Positions 41,990-54,203 are shown, counted from the first letter of the stretch. The stretch is DNA of 64,000 nt from an uncultured bacterium (GCA_963749495.1 CAVVMW010000023.1:416001-480000), one strand, 5' to 3'. A program made the numbers and translations. Notes: generated from the sequence alone by a model not told the origin.

Positions 41990-42832
41990 ATGCCACACAT
42001 TGGGCTTAACGGTGCATCGATCTATTACCAACTTCGTGGAGAAGGCGCGGAGACGATTGTTTTTGCACATGGCCTGCTCCTTAGCGAACGGATTTTTACG
42101 GACCAAGTGGCAGCTTTGCAACAGCAGTATCGGTGCGTGACTTTTGATTTCAGAGGACATGGCCAGAGCTCGGCCGCTCGCTCAGGCTACGACATGGAAA
42201 CGCTCTACGCCGACACCGTAGGAGTCATTCAAGAACTCAGAGCATCTCCGTGTCATTTTGTGGGATTGTCGCTGGGGGGCATCATCGGCCTTCACATCGC
42301 CCTCCGCCGGCCGGAGCTATTGAGATCATTGGCCCTTTTCTCCACGACAGCGGATGCCGAAACGAGCCACAACAAGAAGCTCTACCGGTTCCTGGCACTC
42401 GTTGCTCTGTTGTTCGGATCGCGCCTGGTTGCAAACCGGGCGATGCCAGTGATGTTTGGTCGGACCTTTCTAAATGACCCTGCGCGTGGTGATCTGAAGC
42501 GGCAATGGCGGCAACATCTAATTGCCAACCGTCGCCTCAGAGTTGTCCGCGCAGTCAATGCTCTAATAGGCCGAGAACCCATCTGCGAGCAGATCAACCG
42601 GATCACGACACCGACTTTGATTGCGGTGGGTGAAGAAGACCCTGCTGCCACAAAAGGCGAGGCAAACCGGATTCACTCTCAAATCAAGGGGTCGGTGCTC
42701 GTCCGTATCCCCCAAGCCGGCCATGTGATCACTGTTGAAGTTCCCGAAACCGTCAACAGGCTGCTAGAGGGTTTTTTCTCAAAAGGCTGTTTAGGATCGG
42801 TTGGAAATGGAAGACAGGCGATGGGGACCTAA
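41990..42832 (+). CDS. Alpha/beta fold hydrolase
   Basis: HG, DFRGHG, GLSLGG nucleophile elbow, GEED, AGH. Confidence 0.9.
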   Translation: MPHIGLNGASIYYQLRGEGAETIVFAHGLLLSERIFTDQVAALQQQYRCVTFDFRGHGQSSAARSGYDMETLYADTVGVIQELRASPCHFVGLSLGGIIGLHIALRRPELLRSLALFSTTADAETSHNKKLYRFLALVALLFGSRLVANRAMPVMFGRTFLNDPARGDLKRQWRQHLIANRRLRVVRAVNALIGREPICEQINRITTPTLIAVGEEDPAATKGEANRIHSQIKGSVLVRIPQAGHVITVEVPETVNRLLEGFFSKGCLGSVGNGRQAMGT

Positions 42833-42955
42833 TGGTTCACGAACGCATGACAAGGCGCGTTCGAGTTTTTGGTCGGTTGTCATCGTTGTTTTCGTCTTGA
42901 GAAGCAGGGGCAGGCTTTATGGGCCCACCCCTGCATTGTTGATTTCGGTCTCGGT

Positions 42956-43129
42956 TTACTGCACTTCCACTGTGACCTTCAGCTTTGTGGCATCTCCGGC
43001 GAACCATTTCTGGACGTAGAGGCTGCCGATGATGGGAGCTTCGCCTTGGGTCTGGACCTCGGCGAACTTCACTGTGTTTTTGGTGTCTTTCTCCTTTTGG
43101 AACTCCACGGTTTTCGTTTTCTTTTGCAT
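42956..43129 (-). CDS. Small basic hypothetical protein (57 aa), not in the ORF track
   Basis: MQKKTKTVEFQKEKDTKNTVKFAEVQ...GSLYVQKW. Confidence 0.55.
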   Translation of the reverse strand: MQKKTKTVEFQKEKDTKNTVKFAEVQTQGEAPIIGSLYVQKWFAGDATKLKVTVEVQ

Positions 43130-43340
43130 GGTCTGATTATGGTTGATGGTTGAGTTTGATGCAAGTGAACTCCTGACGGGAGAATTGAGGCGGTGCTGCT
43201 GCTTTCATTTTCCTCTTCGGCAATGTCTTCCGGCTGCAGCATGAGGAAGGGCAGATACGGTTCAGGTGTGTTGGCCCAGATTTCATAGCCGTTTCGGTTG
43301 TACTCGCCCTGGACAATCGGCCGTTGGGTTCGGGCTGGTC

Positions 43341-43937
43341 TCATGTTGCGGGCACCTCCCCTCCAACGTGCCCAATGAGCCTGGCGAGCTTCTCATATCC
43401 AGGCGGCAGTTTGTCTTGGCCAGCGGCTTCCAGTTGCTCGAAGTCCGGGTATCGGGAAATGGCCGACTCGACCTCAAGCGGGCTGCCCTCGGTCAGGTCT
43501 TTTAACCTTCCACCGAACGCGGCAATCATTTCATGGCTGCTCGGGTTCCTGGATCTTCGGAGTCGTTGGAGAGGACATCGTGAAACAGGAAGATCTCCTC
43601 GCCAGCTTCCTCGGTAGTACTGGCGACTTCTTCGAGACTGGTCAAACGGGTCCTGCCATTCAACTGCGTAGCGGAGCCGTAAACGTCAGCCATAGAGGAC
43701 CCCGTTGACCTTCTGCCGGACTTCATGTGCTGGATGGTGTAGTAGGCGATGTTTCCTGGGGGTCACCTTTTTCTTGGCCTTGTCGACGTTGTGGAGGAGT
43801 TTGGCTGCCATGGCGATTGAATCCTGCACCAGCTCTTCGGCATCCTCTGAACCGATGAAGGAGACGGTTTGAGGGACGGCGCTTTTGAGACGAGGGACAA
43901 TTTCTTCCTGCAATAACCACGCGGATCTTGGGGACAT
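43341..43937 (-). pseudogene. Fragments of a sigma-factor-like gene fused to the tail of another gene
   Basis: EDAEELVQDSIAMA ... NIAYYTIQHMKSGRRS across a frameshift; abrupt junction near 43528. Confidence 0.45.
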
Positions 43938-44223
43938 AATCTCTTGAGGTGAAAGGGTTTGTACATGAAAAGGCCCCACATCCAGAAGGAAGTGGGGCGG
44001 GGTGGGGATTGGCTCTTGGGGGTACTCCTTGGGGAATTGTCCTCGTGGAGCTAATCCGGCACCTGGATATTATGCCAGGAATGCAGGCAATTTCGCGGGA
44101 GGGGTCTGGGGACCTTTACACCAGCACGATCAACATGCCCTTTCGTCCGTGAGCATCCGAAGCAGATCCCGAAGGCTGCTCATTGTGGTTGAATTCGGAC
44201 CGGATGCCGGTTAAACAATTCAG

Positions 44224-44601
44224 ATGTTCCTGGCCGAAACGAACAAAGTGAAACGGTTGCTGCACCTGAGCTTCATCGGCCATGTGCAGGTTTCGGAGCT
44301 TCAAGAAAACCGCGACAAGGTGATGCTGCTCCTGGCCGAGTTGCCTGGCGGCTTCCGCTTGTTGACGGACTTGAGCCATCTGGAGTCTATGGAAACCGCC
44401 TGTGAAGCGGAAATCGCCCGAATTATGGAGGTTTGCGACCAAAAGGGAATCGGCTCGGTGATCCGGGTGATTCCGGAGCCCCAAAAGGACATCGGGTTTA
44501 ATATCCTGACGGCGTTCCATTACAAGCGCCGGGTGCGAGTTTCCACATGCCGGTCCTTGGAAGATGCGGTTCGGATGCTGAACGACGCGGCGCCCCAGTG
44601 A
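44224..44601 (+). CDS. SpoIIAA/STAS-like hypothetical protein
   Basis: FRLLTDLS.L ... CRSLEDAVRML pattern. Confidence 0.6.
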   Translation: MFLAETNKVKRLLHLSFIGHVQVSELQENRDKVMLLLAELPGGFRLLTDLSHLESMETACEAEIARIMEVCDQKGIGSVIRVIPEPQKDIGFNILTAFHYKRRVRVSTCRSLEDAVRMLNDAAPQ

Positions 44602-44656
44602 CGTTTGAGGTGCTTTGGACTCGTGGTCGCACATCCGAACACCTAATATTTCCGAT

Positions 44657-45019
44657 GTGAAATCTCGCACAGTCAAATGGGTCGTGGTTAGCGGGGTCAG
44701 TTTTTTGGGTCTGGTCGTGGGCCTGGGAATCGCCATTGTTCATCACTGGGGAAAGGTCCATCAGCACTGTATCAAAGCGGCTGGGATCGCCCTCTGGACT
44801 TATGCCGAGGACCATGGTGGCGCATTTCCATACAACACGAACGGGTTTGGTGATGCGCTGCTGCTCCTGGTCAAGGGCGACTATGGGCAGCTCAGCGTCT
44901 TCTGTGGACCGGGTGACGATGGCCACGTCCTCAGCAACGCCCTGACCAATGGTTTGCACGTTCCAGAGGAGGCTTGCACCCGAGTCTATGTCCAGGGCTT
45001 TGAGGAGAAAAGACCCTGA
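44657..45019 (+). pseudogene. Truncated pilin-like/membrane-anchored protein
   Basis: N-terminal TM, YAEDHGGAFP; ends against a fragment of a membrane-protein gene on the other strand. Confidence 0.4.
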
Positions 45020-45309
45020 GGTTCGAGTTCAACGTCCAGAGAAAGAAGACGAAGGGAGGGATGGAGGCGACAATTCCGATCAAAGCATTTTCAAGGCTCC
45101 AATGCAGGTCCATGAGAGCAGGCCGATGGAAGAGCCAGCCCCAGAGCACGGCCAGGACCAGCAAAGTCAGCTCACACAGGCACCCGACACGAAATGACAA
45201 CTCACGTTTCACATTCAGGAGAAGGTTGAGCCTTCTGCTGTTTCGATTCAACCCAGATTTGCACGAAACGCTTGACTTTCCCGCGATTCCAGCCACATTG
45301 CACGCATAT

Positions 45310-45600
45310 ATGGCAAAACCATTAACCAAATCTCAGATTACAACATCTCTGGCCGAAACAGCCGGAGTCAGCCGCAAAGAAGCCACCCAGGCCCTCGAAG
45401 CTCTGGTGGCCCTGGCGTACAAAAATGCCAAGAACAAGTTCACCATTCCGGGACTGGGCAAGCTGGTCCTGCTGAATCGCAAAGCTCGGATGGGTCGAAA
45501 TCCTGCAACAGGCGAATCCCTCAAGATCCCTGCCAAGCGAGTCGTGAAGTTCCGTGTCGCCAAAGCAGCCAAAGACGCGATTCTGGGCGTGAAGAGGTAG
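45310..45600 (+). CDS. hup: HU family DNA-binding protein
   Basis: FTIPGLGK, RKARMGRNPATG, IPAKRVVKF. Confidence 0.93.
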   Translation: MAKPLTKSQITTSLAETAGVSRKEATQALEALVALAYKNAKNKFTIPGLGKLVLLNRKARMGRNPATGESLKIPAKRVVKFRVAKAAKDAILGVKR

Positions 45601-45845
45601 TGGACGCCGGCTTTGTCCGTTGTTAATGGCACAAAGACGTGCCAAAACCCGAATCAACGGAATCAGGACCATGGGCCTCCGTTTGAAAGCCAATGAAGCG
45701 CGGTTGGCAGAGGGTGGTTCTGCCGCTTGATTCCAAGCCCTCGGAGTCGCTTTTATTTTTCTTGCCTTCCGGCGGCCATTTCCTGTATTGATGTGGAATG
45801 CGGGTCGTACGACCCTGACCTGGAATCAAGAAACTGGAGAACCTT

Positions 45846-46172
45846 ATGGCATTCACAAAATCGGAAATCATCGACGCCATCGCTCAGAAAACCAGCGTTG
45901 AGAAGAAAGTTGCCGAGGCCATGCTGGACTGCCTCGCTCAGCTGGCCTACGAACATGCAAAGGATGAATTCACGCTGCCGGGTATCGGGAAGTTGGTTGT
46001 GGTACAGAGAAAGGCGAGGATGGGGAGAAATCCTGGCACCGGAGCCGAGATTCAGATCCCTGCCAAACGGGCCCTGACATTTCGGGTAGCCAAGGCGGCC
46101 AAAGACGCCATTCTTGCGGCCGAGTTGCCTCCCAGCGCCAGCCCCACGAGCATTTCACCTCCGGCGCCCTGA
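45846..46172 (+). CDS. hup: HU family DNA-binding protein (paralog 2)
   Basis: FTLPGIGK, RKARMGRNPGTG, IPAKR. Confidence 0.9.
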   Translation: MAFTKSEIIDAIAQKTSVEKKVAEAMLDCLAQLAYEHAKDEFTLPGIGKLVVVQRKARMGRNPGTGAEIQIPAKRALTFRVAKAAKDAILAAELPPSASPTSISPPAP

Positions 46173-46332
46173 AGATCAATCATTGCCAATTTGTCTGATT
46201 TCGGACGTTTAGAAATCGGTCCGCAGGATCGGTTCGAGACCATATGAGGCGCTACCGACAAAGCGGCCCCCCAGTAATCAACGCGCTTTCTCTTGACTAT
46301 TGTTTACAGTCCATCAACATTCCGACCAACGT

Positions 46333-46788
46333 ATGAACATAAGCAACTTAACTCCAGAACATCTCCGGAAAGCAGCCGACCTCAAAGAGAACATTGACGC
46401 CCTGGAAGAAGAACTCAATGAGATTCTTGGGGCCGAAATCCCTGCTCCTGTCGCCTCTGAAGAACCTGTGAAGCCGAGGAATGGGAGGAGGAAGAGGCGG
46501 AAGAGGATGTCGAAGACGCAGAGTGCTCCTGAACTGGGCACGACAGCAAGACCGGCGAAACGGAGGCGGAGGAAGCTCAGTCCGGAGGGTCGTGCGAACA
46601 TCAGTGCTGCTGCGAAGGCAAGGTGGGCGGCAAAGAGGGGCGAAGCTCAACCCGAAACGAGGCCAGCAGCAGAAGAAGCCAAGCCCAAGAAGAAGAGGAA
46701 TATCAGTGCGGCGGGAAGAAAGGCGATGTCCCTGGCGGCCAAGAGGAGATGGGCCAAGGCCAAGAAAGCGGAGAAGCTGCCATTTTAG
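46333..46788 (+). CDS. Lys/Arg-rich putative nucleoid protein
   Basis: Acidic coiled-coil N-terminus; two repeats of S.xGR..xS.AAK.RWA. Confidence 0.7.
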   Translation: MNISNLTPEHLRKAADLKENIDALEEELNEILGAEIPAPVASEEPVKPRNGRRKRRKRMSKTQSAPELGTTARPAKRRRRKLSPEGRANISAAAKARWAAKRGEAQPETRPAAEEAKPKKKRNISAAGRKAMSLAAKRRWAKAKKAEKLPF

Positions 46789-47171
46789 GCTGTAGATTTT
46801 GGCCGAGGCGCAATGCTCGTGATGGGGTGTTGCGCCGGCTTGGTTTGGGGAGACGGAAATGGGGAAGCAGAACGTGAGGCTGAGGACCATGCAGATTGGG
46901 GATCTGGTGAAGTGCAGGGTGCTCGATTTGTTCGGGGAGGAGTGAACGGTGGGGGGGCTCCACAGCCTCTGCACCCAGGTTCCCGTGTTGATGCTGTGAG
47001 GACGTTGGAGGGCAGAAATTGGCGCTTGATACTCTAATCCCGGTTTGGCACCATGCGGGAAGAATGAAAGCGATGGGGAGCAGATTCTCCCTCAGCCGCG
47101 CAACCTCGATAAAGAGGCGGTACGGCAAAAAGCAAATTCAGACCAACAAAGCTGAGACCGAGGAATTACCT

Positions 47172-48560
47172 ATGTGCAACGAAATGGATCGAAGAGAGTT
47201 CTTGAAAAGGTCATCGGTTTCCGCCGCGGGAATGGCGCTGACGGGAGCGGCTTTCGCAGAGCAGGCGTCCTCTTTCTCGATTAAGCTGGGCTTTATTGGC
47301 ATCGGAGGCCGTGGCTCGTACCATCTTGACTGCGCGTTGGGAATGGAGGGCGTCGAGGTGCTCGCCCTGTGCGATATTGACGACAAAGCGCTCTACAACG
47401 CCAAGCGATGGGTGGAGGAGGCCGGTCAACCGACACCGCATCTCTATGGCGATAGCCGGACGGCATTCAGGCAACTGTGCGAACAGGAAACGCTGGATTG
47501 CGTGATCTGCTGTACGCCTTGGGAGTACCATGCGCCGGTGTGCGTGGCGGCCATGAAGAACGGCAAGAACGCAGTCAGCGAAGTCCCGATCATCATCACG
47601 CTGGACGAAGCGTGGGAAGTGGTCGAGACCCACGAGAAGACGGGCAAATGGGCGACGATGGGGCTCGAAGGGTATGGCGACCTGACGCTCATGAACATGG
47701 TGCGCAAGGGAATCCTGGGCGAGGTCCTTCATGCTGAAGGCGGGTATGTGCATGACCTGAGGATGGTGCAGTACAATCCGCTCCAGGAACCCTGGCGGCT
47801 TAACCATTCGCTCACTCGCAACGGGAACTTGTATCCGGACCACCCGATGGCGCGCATCCTGCGCCTGCTGGACATCAACCACGGGGATAGATTTGACTCT
47901 TTGGTTTCCATGAGCACGAAGTCCCTTTCGTTGGCCAGGTATGCCCAGCTCAAATACGGTGAAAATGGTCCCTACGCAAACGCGAAGTTTTCGCAGGGCA
48001 ACGTCAATGTGACCCTGCTGCACACGGCGGGCGGGAAAGTCTGCACCCTCAATTTCGATACCAGCACTCCGCATCCGCGTGAGTTCTTCCGCCTCCAGTG
48101 CGCAAAAGGGGTTTACCAGACTGGCGTGAGTCTGCCGGCTCCAAGGAACGCGGAGACGCCGGGCGGTCAAGCGGCTGCGGCAACGCGAGGTCTCGGCGGA
48201 GGCAGGAGTGGAATGCTCTACATCGAGGGGAGAACCCCGGGTGAGGATCTGTGGGAATCTGCGGAGCCCTATTTCAAGGAGTTTCAGCATCCTTTCTTGA
48301 AGAGCTACACACCAAAAGCGCGAAAGGTGGCTCTGCGCGGACATGGCGGTGGCGGCACCGTCACCCCGGTGAACTGGGAACGGTTGGTGGCCGCGCTCCG
48401 TGCCGGTAAGATGCCGGATTGGGACGTTTACAACTCCGTCACCAGCAGCGCGATCTCTCCTCTGTCTGAAAAGTCGGTTGCGGGCGGCAGCGCTCCTATC
48501 GCCTTCCCTGATTTCACCAAAGGGAAATGGCAGACCGCCAAACCCTACGAGGTCGTTTAA
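47172..48560 (+). CDS. Tat-exported Gfo/Idh/MocA oxidoreductase (GH109-like)
   Basis: DRREFLK Tat motif, GFIGIGGRG, TPW..H, SEVP, GGYVHDLR, NGNLYPDH. Confidence 0.85.
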   Translation: MCNEMDRREFLKRSSVSAAGMALTGAAFAEQASSFSIKLGFIGIGGRGSYHLDCALGMEGVEVLALCDIDDKALYNAKRWVEEAGQPTPHLYGDSRTAFRQLCEQETLDCVICCTPWEYHAPVCVAAMKNGKNAVSEVPIIITLDEAWEVVETHEKTGKWATMGLEGYGDLTLMNMVRKGILGEVLHAEGGYVHDLRMVQYNPLQEPWRLNHSLTRNGNLYPDHPMARILRLLDINHGDRFDSLVSMSTKSLSLARYAQLKYGENGPYANAKFSQGNVNVTLLHTAGGKVCTLNFDTSTPHPREFFRLQCAKGVYQTGVSLPAPRNAETPGGQAAAATRGLGGGRSGMLYIEGRTPGEDLWESAEPYFKEFQHPFLKSYTPKARKVALRGHGGGGTVTPVNWERLVAALRAGKMPDWDVYNSVTSSAISPLSEKSVAGGSAPIAFPDFTKGKWQTAKPYEVV

Positions 48561-48689
48561 CCGGATAATCCCGTGCATTCGGGTCGGAAAGCAACTGCAC
48601 AACCGCGGGCCCCTCAAATGCCGCCACCCGGCGTCCCCTGGATTCCGGCTCGAACACATAACCCCGCCGCTCGACATCCCGCCTTACCT

Positions 48690-49275
48690 CCCGCAACAAC
48701 GTTGCGTAGTGGTTCCCTTCGGGCTCAACCAGGCTGCCATAAAACTGCGCCAGTTCAGCATCCTGGTCCTTGAGTGCAGCGGCCAGGATTTGGAACTTCT
48801 CGCAACTCCGGCCCTCGATCAGACTGCGGCAAATCAAATGGTCAATGACCTGCTCGCGCCGGCCACTTCGAGCGGATTTCATCAGGCCGGCGATCCACGG
48901 ACTGGGGTGGGCTTGGCCGAAGGGGATGCCGCGGCGTTTGAGCAAGGCGACCACGAATTGGAAGTGTTGCAGTTCCTCGATGGCGATGGCGTTCAGTTCC
49001 TCGACACGCTGAAAGAATCCCCCAAACGAATTCGCGCTTTGCGCCCCTGAACCTCGACGTTGCGTCCCCGTCCCGCGTAGCGTTTTGGACTGCCGCAGTC
49101 CAAAACCTTCGGACTTGGTGTCGGTTCCTGGGGAGAGGTCCCGGTACTTTCCCAGGTTTAGGGCGCTTGTGGCGGCCTTGCGCTCCCAATGCGCGTGATC
49201 CACCAGAACCGCCGGGAGATTGGCCAGCACCTTGGGCAGCCAGTCTGCCGGGATCTTCTCCCGAAACAAGAGCAT
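48690..49275 (-). pseudogene. miaE: tRNA hydroxylase MiaE-like gene with 120 bp in-frame repeat insertion and lost 3' end
   Basis: DHAHWERKAA, EELQHF, IEGRSCEKF, EGNHY motifs. Confidence 0.75.
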
Positions 49276-49452
49276 GGCACAACCTCAATCCGGTGGTTCC
49301 AGGCCGCAAGCGCCAGAGGACGAGAGGAGCGGGGTCCCTTCAAGCCCGCTCCTGAATCGCAGTTAGTGCAAAATTGTCTTGAGCACGAACCAGCTTTCAG
49401 GTAAACCGCGTTTAACGTTCAAACAATTGAGCAATTCACCCTAAAACATTCT

Positions 49453-52400
49453 ATGAACTTATCGAGATTGCTGTCACAGATCCTTCGGGGCGCGGCCGCT
49501 TTGACCTTGGTTAGTGCGGCCATGCCGGCACTTCACGGAGCAGCAACCGATGGCTTGGTGGGTTACTGGAGCTTCGATGACGGGACACTGGCCGAGACGT
49601 CCGGATTCACCCCGCCGGGCACGCATGACGGTTTGGCCGTTGGCACTGTGGCCTATATCCAAGGGCCGTCCGGAAGAGCCTTGGACCTGACGGCCGCTAA
49701 CACCGCCGTTAAGATTAAGAACTCGAATGCGAACGACGCGGGCTACCAGGGCACCTTTGACCAACTGCTTTATAACAGCGCGCAAGGTTTTACCATCGCC
49801 GCCTGGGTGAAAGGCCTGCCGGGGACGTGGAATCCCTGGATCTCGAAGGCGGGCGAAGCAACGTCCGGTTACCAGTTGCGACGCCACGGCGCAAACAACG
49901 TCGCCACGTTTACGCTTCAATCTGCAACCGGTGAGTCCGACCCGTATAACAGCTCAGGCGTGTCGTTTGCCGACGGCGGCTGGCACCACCTGGTCGCGAT
50001 CTACGATCCCGTGGCCAGCCAGCGCACGCTCTATGTGGACGGGGCGGTCGAGTTCGCTATCTACGACGCTAACCTTGACTCCAGCACCGCCCCCGGCCAG
50101 TGCCTGGTCTTCGGCGCCCGCAACGACGACGCCGCGAGCGGAGTTTTAACGGCCTTTGCAGGGGTCGCGGTGGATGAAGTGCGCATTTATAACCGCGCGC
50201 TCGCGGACTCCGAGGCGACGGCGCTGTTTACGCCCGGCATTGAAATCGCCCCCGCCAGCTTGGTCGTCTATACCCCGCGCCCGGACACGAACGCGGTCCA
50301 GATCACGGTGCCCGACACGCTGCTCGCCAGCGGCGCGGTTGACGTGGTGGTGACCAGCCAGGACCCGATCGTGGCGATTCCCGCCGGCGCCGTTAGCGGT
50401 TCTCTGACCATCCATTTTCCGGCGGGTGGGCCCGGCACCCAATCGTTTTTCGTTCACTCCCAGAATGAGGGGCTCGACCAAGTTTACCTACACCAGCACC
50501 AGGGGATGGGTCAATGGGGACACGACGATCGACGTGTGGGCCGACTTGAGTATCTACGGCAACACGGTGTTTCTGGACACCTTCAATGTGAGCGCCGATT
50601 CCACCAACCTTGACTTCGAGATTGACCAACGCCAATCGGGCAGCGCCGCCCCCGTGGGCTATGCGAGCCTGGCCGTGAATCTGGTCGGCAATCCGCTCGA
50701 TCCAAAGTGGTTTCAGGTCGGCGCCCCGGATGCCAACGGCTGGTTGCGCCTGGGCGGCGAGGGCATCGCCAATGCTTTCCCGGGCGGCAGCCCCAGCGTG
50801 ATGGTCAAACACAGTTTCATCGAGAGCAAACATTTCCTCATGGAGTACGACATCCTCGGCTACACCGACACCGCCGCCGACGGGTGGGCCGGGATTAAGC
50901 TCCTGGATTCGACCGGTACCCCGCAATTCCTCAACGGCGGCAACGGTTTCGGGTTCATGTTCAGTGGCGATGGCAGCGGCTTGGCCTTTGACGGCGGGAA
51001 CCAGAATTCCAGTTTCCCCAGCGGCACTTTCGATCCCGCCGCGACCAACCACATCAGCTTCGAGGTGGTCACGGCAGGCTGGGACGGCTCCAGTAAAGGC
51101 CAGACTGTTCTCTCCTTGGTGACCAATGGCCAACCGATGGGCACCTATAAAATAAAGCACAATTACAAGGGCAATTATATCAGCTTGTATTACGCCCTGC
51201 CCGCGGTGGGACATCCAAACGTGTGTACCTTTGACAATCTCAAGGTGACCATCGCTCCCAGTGCCTACGCTAACGCCACCGGCACTACGACCGGTGTGGG
51301 CGCCAATAGCGCCCCGGTGACGGTTTTTGTCCCCGCCGCAGCGTTGGCCACTGGCGGCGTCGATATTGTCATTACTTCCAGCGATCCAACTATTGCGGTG
51401 CCCGGCGGCGCCAGTGGCGCCAGCCTCACCTTGCACTTCGCCAAAGGGGGGACCAATGCCCAGAGCTTTACTGCTTTCGGCACAGCGCCCGGCCAGACTG
51501 TTTTCACCCTCACTTCCGGGCAGGTCCGAACCTCGGGCAGCGTGAGCGTCAGCGTCGGGTTCCTGGCCCACTCGGCCGTGGCTAATCCCAGTTTCGAGGA
51601 CAGTTATACGCCCGCGTGGGCGCCGCCTGGTTATTTGTTCATGAACCGCTGGACCCCCAATACGGACACCACTGGCTTTAATGGCACGGCCAACGGCCAG
51701 ACCATCCTCGACTTCGCCGATAATGGCCTTTTACCCGACCGCAACCTGGTGGCCTTCATTGACAATGCAGGCAGTTTTCAACAAAACGTCCAGGGATTGG
51801 CGGTGGGCAGCACCCATTGGTTGCAGTACCGTTACAATGTGAGCGCCAATTCCGCCAAAGGCCAGCCGGTGGGCGGGCATGTCCTGACGGTGTCTTACAA
51901 CGGCAAGGTCATCGATGCGATCACCAACGCCCAGCCGGTCGAGACAGCAGGGAGCAACACCCAACCGTGGTACTTCCGCAATGTCCCCTTTGTCGCCGAT
52001 GTGGCCTCGGGCGCTCTGGAGTTCCAACACACCGTCACCGACCCGGCCAACGCCCCGGCGACCGTGCTTTTGGATGCCATTACGGTGGTCTTGCGGGGAG
52101 CCGATGAGGTGGTGATCGAGAATCCCAGCTTCGAGGCCTCAGGCAAGCCCACGACGCCGCCCTATTACTTCGAAGACGACGTGCTGATCACCGGATGGAC
52201 GGTGGACCCGCCCAACCAATGGGGCTCAAACGCGGCGGGCGATCCATTCTATGACAACGGGCAAAACCCGGACCAGGACTTAGTCCTCTTTGTTCAAGGC
52301 GCCGGCAAGTCGGTGAGCCAAACGATCAGCGGATTCACTCCGGGCGAGCGCTATCAGTTGTCATTTGCTTACAACGCGCGTCTGACCGGCGTGCCACCGC

Positions 52401-52798
52401 AGCTTGACGCAACCATCGGCGACCTCAAACTCATGTCGGCCCCAGTCGTCCCGGTGGGCGGCAACAACCCCTTCTGCCGGACTAACCTCGTCTTCACTGC
52501 CAACGCGCCAACCCTAGCCCTCAAGTTTGCCAATTCCGTGGCTGCCGGAGACTCCACTTTCCTGCTGGACGACGTGCATATCACCCACCTAAGGGCGCCC
52601 AGCCCGTCGTTGAATATTCAACTCCTAAACGGCCAGGTTCAAATCTCCTGGCCCATCGCTTCGAGTGGTGGCTTCAAGCTCCAAACATCCTCGGCCCTAA
52701 CAGCAAATTGGACCGATTCGACTTTGCCGGTGCAAACCTCGGGAACCAATAACCTGGTGTTGGACACCTGGAGGGCAAACCAGGCCACCTTTTATTGA
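49453..52798 (+). CDS. Large secreted protein with LamG and carbohydrate-binding-like domains (frameshift near 50462)
   Basis: Signal peptide, GLVGYWSFD, WHHLV, DEVRIYNRAL, NPSFE repeats. Confidence 0.8.
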
Positions 52799-52907
52799 CT
52801 TAAACAGTAACGGTTGGCCAGACCCGCTGGTTGTCCAATGAAGACCGGCAGTTTACGGTGTTTCCGGTCCAACTGAGAATCGCCCAGACCCCAAACCAGA
52901 AACCACC

Positions 52908-53398
52908 GTGAGAAAGCCCCGCCCCATCGTTTACAGCCTTGAGGAAGTCGCCATTACCCGCGACGACATCTACGCCCACATCAAGTACAGGGACCCGGAC
53001 TTTGGCGAAACCAGCCTGCAAATCGGCCCCAGGATGGCGCAGATGACAGACCAGGAGATTCTCGACCTCTACAACGACATGCTCAAGGCCGATGCAGAGA
53101 TGATGAGGAACAACAAATACGCGGCCGTTGAACCTCCCCTTGGCTCACCTCAGATCAAATATCACCCGTCCTGTGGTCAATGGAGCCCTCGGGGTGATGT
53201 GCTGAGGTGCTTGATTGGCGATGTGGAAAAAGACTGAGAGAGGGAGCCGGTGATTGCGATTGACGGGAAGGAATTGACCTAGCATGAATTTGGCAAGCTC
53301 ATCTGCACTTTTGCGGGCTGGGGGATGCGGGTTGAATTCACGCCAGAGGAAGAGATCCACCGAAGACCGGCGCTGGAGGTGAGGGAGCCCATGCAGTG
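52908..53398 (+). pseudogene. Hypothetical gene with two in-frame stop codons
   Basis: Frame continues past TGA (53235) and TAG (53280): EPVIAIDGKELT*HEFGKLICTFAGWGMRVEF. Confidence 0.6.
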
Positions 53399-54203
53399 AC
53401 GTTTACGCTTATGCCCTTCAGTAAGGGCTCTGCTATTCAGCGCCAGCCATCGTGCCAAGCCTCTTGTGGTTCACTCATCCAGGCGCACGTCTCCTCGGCT
53501 ACGGTCATCAGTTCAACCAGGAGCGTGGGGCGACAGATTTCACTTGGTTTTCTTCCCCGTGGACTGGGATTGATTGACTTGGGAATCAGGGTTTTGGGGG
53601 ACATCTGGTTGGCGCTGCTGGATTGGGTCGGCGCATTTATTGGCATCATTGGCACGAGAAGTGCTTTCATCGCGCACAGATTCCTCTCGACACCTTCGTG
53701 GATTTGTGGTGAAGTTGGTTGATCACCGAGCAGAAATCAGCGATCGGCCTTCAGGGCTTGTTGGTTTCCTCACGGTGTTGTTGGGTGGCCAGTGGGTTAT
53801 GAAATTGGCAGCGGCCATTGCGAGAAGGACTTCGGGCGAGCGTGCATCAACGGCTCACTATCCTGGATTTTATGCCAACTTTCGCCGCGTGAGGGGGCTG
53901 AGGAAACGTGGGCAGGACCTGATAGCCATCTCCCACAATGCTCGAAAGGGTGGAAACAGGGGAAGCAATTGGTCTAAACCGGTCGCGCATCAGCTTCACT
54001 CGGCCACTTTAATAATACTGCAAAAAAACTGACCTGGAACGCCGAGCAACTTTATGAAAAACACGAGTTTGAAATCCCTGTCGGTCTTCGTATCTCTTTT
54101 GATCGGCCTTCTCTTGGGTCTTGCTACCCCGGCCCATAGTCAGGTGCAACAGGCTTGGTCAAATCTATCGGTTCCACTGGCGAATGGTTTGAATACAAAT
54201 GGT

